Source: Octopus sinensis
Taxonomy: Eukaryota
Assembly (NCBI RefSeq): GCF_006345805.1
Contig: NC_043000.1
Span: 65,720,001-65,784,000, forward strand
Direction of reading: 5' to 3'
DNA length: 64,000 nucleotides
Part shown: positions 63,011 through 64,000 of the stretch, piece after piece
Layout of the letters: each line of letters starts with the position of its first letter
Numbering within the stretch: the stretch's first letter is position 1
Made by a program: the position numbers and the translations under genes
The notes under the pieces: generated by a model
What the model was told of the DNA's origin: nothing
The model's input: only the letters and a program-made list of their open reading frames with translations
Databases searched by the model: none

Positions 63011-63322
63011 TTTAAAACCTACATGAACGTATGTATGTATGTCATTATTCAGTTTTATTTCAAGATTTCTTGTCAATAGAGAAAGAGACTGTTTATTACC
63101 TAGATCCAAGGCTCCTTCGTTGGAATTTCAACGACATCAGCAGGTATTTTTGCATGTGTGTGTCTATGTATGTATGTATGTATGTATGTATGTATGTATG
63201 TATGTATGTATGTATGTATGCATGCATGTATGTATGTATTAAAATACAAAATCATCATCTCTGGTCTGTGCATTTTCATCTTCAGTCGTTTCTTCTGCAC
63301 TATTATTTGTTTGGATGTGTGA

Positions 63323-63368
<46 letters not shown>

Positions 63369-63848
63369 AAAACAGAGCTAACAGCGATGTATTATCAATC
63401 GGAGCAAAATACTTCATAAACCTCTCTTTTGACACTCCAGGTTAACAATATTATTTAGATTAGTGAAAAACTTCAGGTATTCTTATGGCAGGGTCCAAGG
63501 TTATGGTTCGTCACAATTCTACATTGTAAATCCATGGATGGACTCCAGACATACTGGTTTTTACCCAGAGTGATATATAAAAAAGAACATGCTAAATATA
63601 ATGGCCATTACATATTTTTCCTTTATTAGAGCAAATTTGGCTTACACCTGTTTCTGGTAGTCATTATAGGTATATTAATGACAGGTTAACTCTATTGGTC
63701 AGTTGATGAATTGAGAAAAATTTGAACGACCTAAGAAAATTAATGCTACTTTCATCAGAGCCATTTCTGGTTATATCACATATATATGTATGCATATATG
63801 TAAGCATGTATGTTTGTATGTATGTATGTATGTATGTATGCATGTATG

Positions 63849-63882
<34 letters not shown>

Positions 63883-64000
63883 TGTATGTATGTATGTATG
63901 TATGTATGTATGTATTATGTATGCATACATGCATGTATATATGTATGTATGTACGTATGTATGTATGAATAGATGAATGAATGGATGTGTATATATATTT

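Overview
AT-rich, microsatellite-dense animal DNA with no convincing host protein-coding exon. The tRNA-SINE families and repeat landscape look like an octopus/cephalopod genome (inference from recognised SINE sequence). The window is almost entirely transposon-derived. It holds at least three tRNA-SINE families, a complete 1290-bp mariner with an open transposase ORF, remnants of Tc1, pogo/Tigger and hAT-type transposases, fragments of R4/Dong, RTE and Tx1/L1 LINEs, and several MITEs. The most striking theme is a Penelope-like element (PLE) and hammerhead ribozyme (HHR) ecosystem. (i) A young Naiad-like PLE has a ~1010-codon open RT+GIY-YIG frame carrying large Asn-rich inserts, and is bracketed by 1.2-1.4 kb divergent pseudo-LTRs that each contain a canonical type I hammerhead. 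(ii) A Neptune-like PLE has a ~3.1 kb 3' region made mostly of degenerate (CA)n. It is present twice, and one copy is fused directly onto the Naiad arm. (iii) Small non-coding palindromes of about 245-850 bp repeat the same tail-out architecture, one of them with two intact-looking hammerheads. (iv) A tandem pair of decayed hammerheads 328 nt apart resembles a non-LTR retrozyme. There is also an ORF1-only Tx1/L1 derivative whose 3' tail matches a SINE tail. All folds, alignments and identities were judged by eye, with no searches run. Most long ORFs in the supplied track are microsatellite artefacts.
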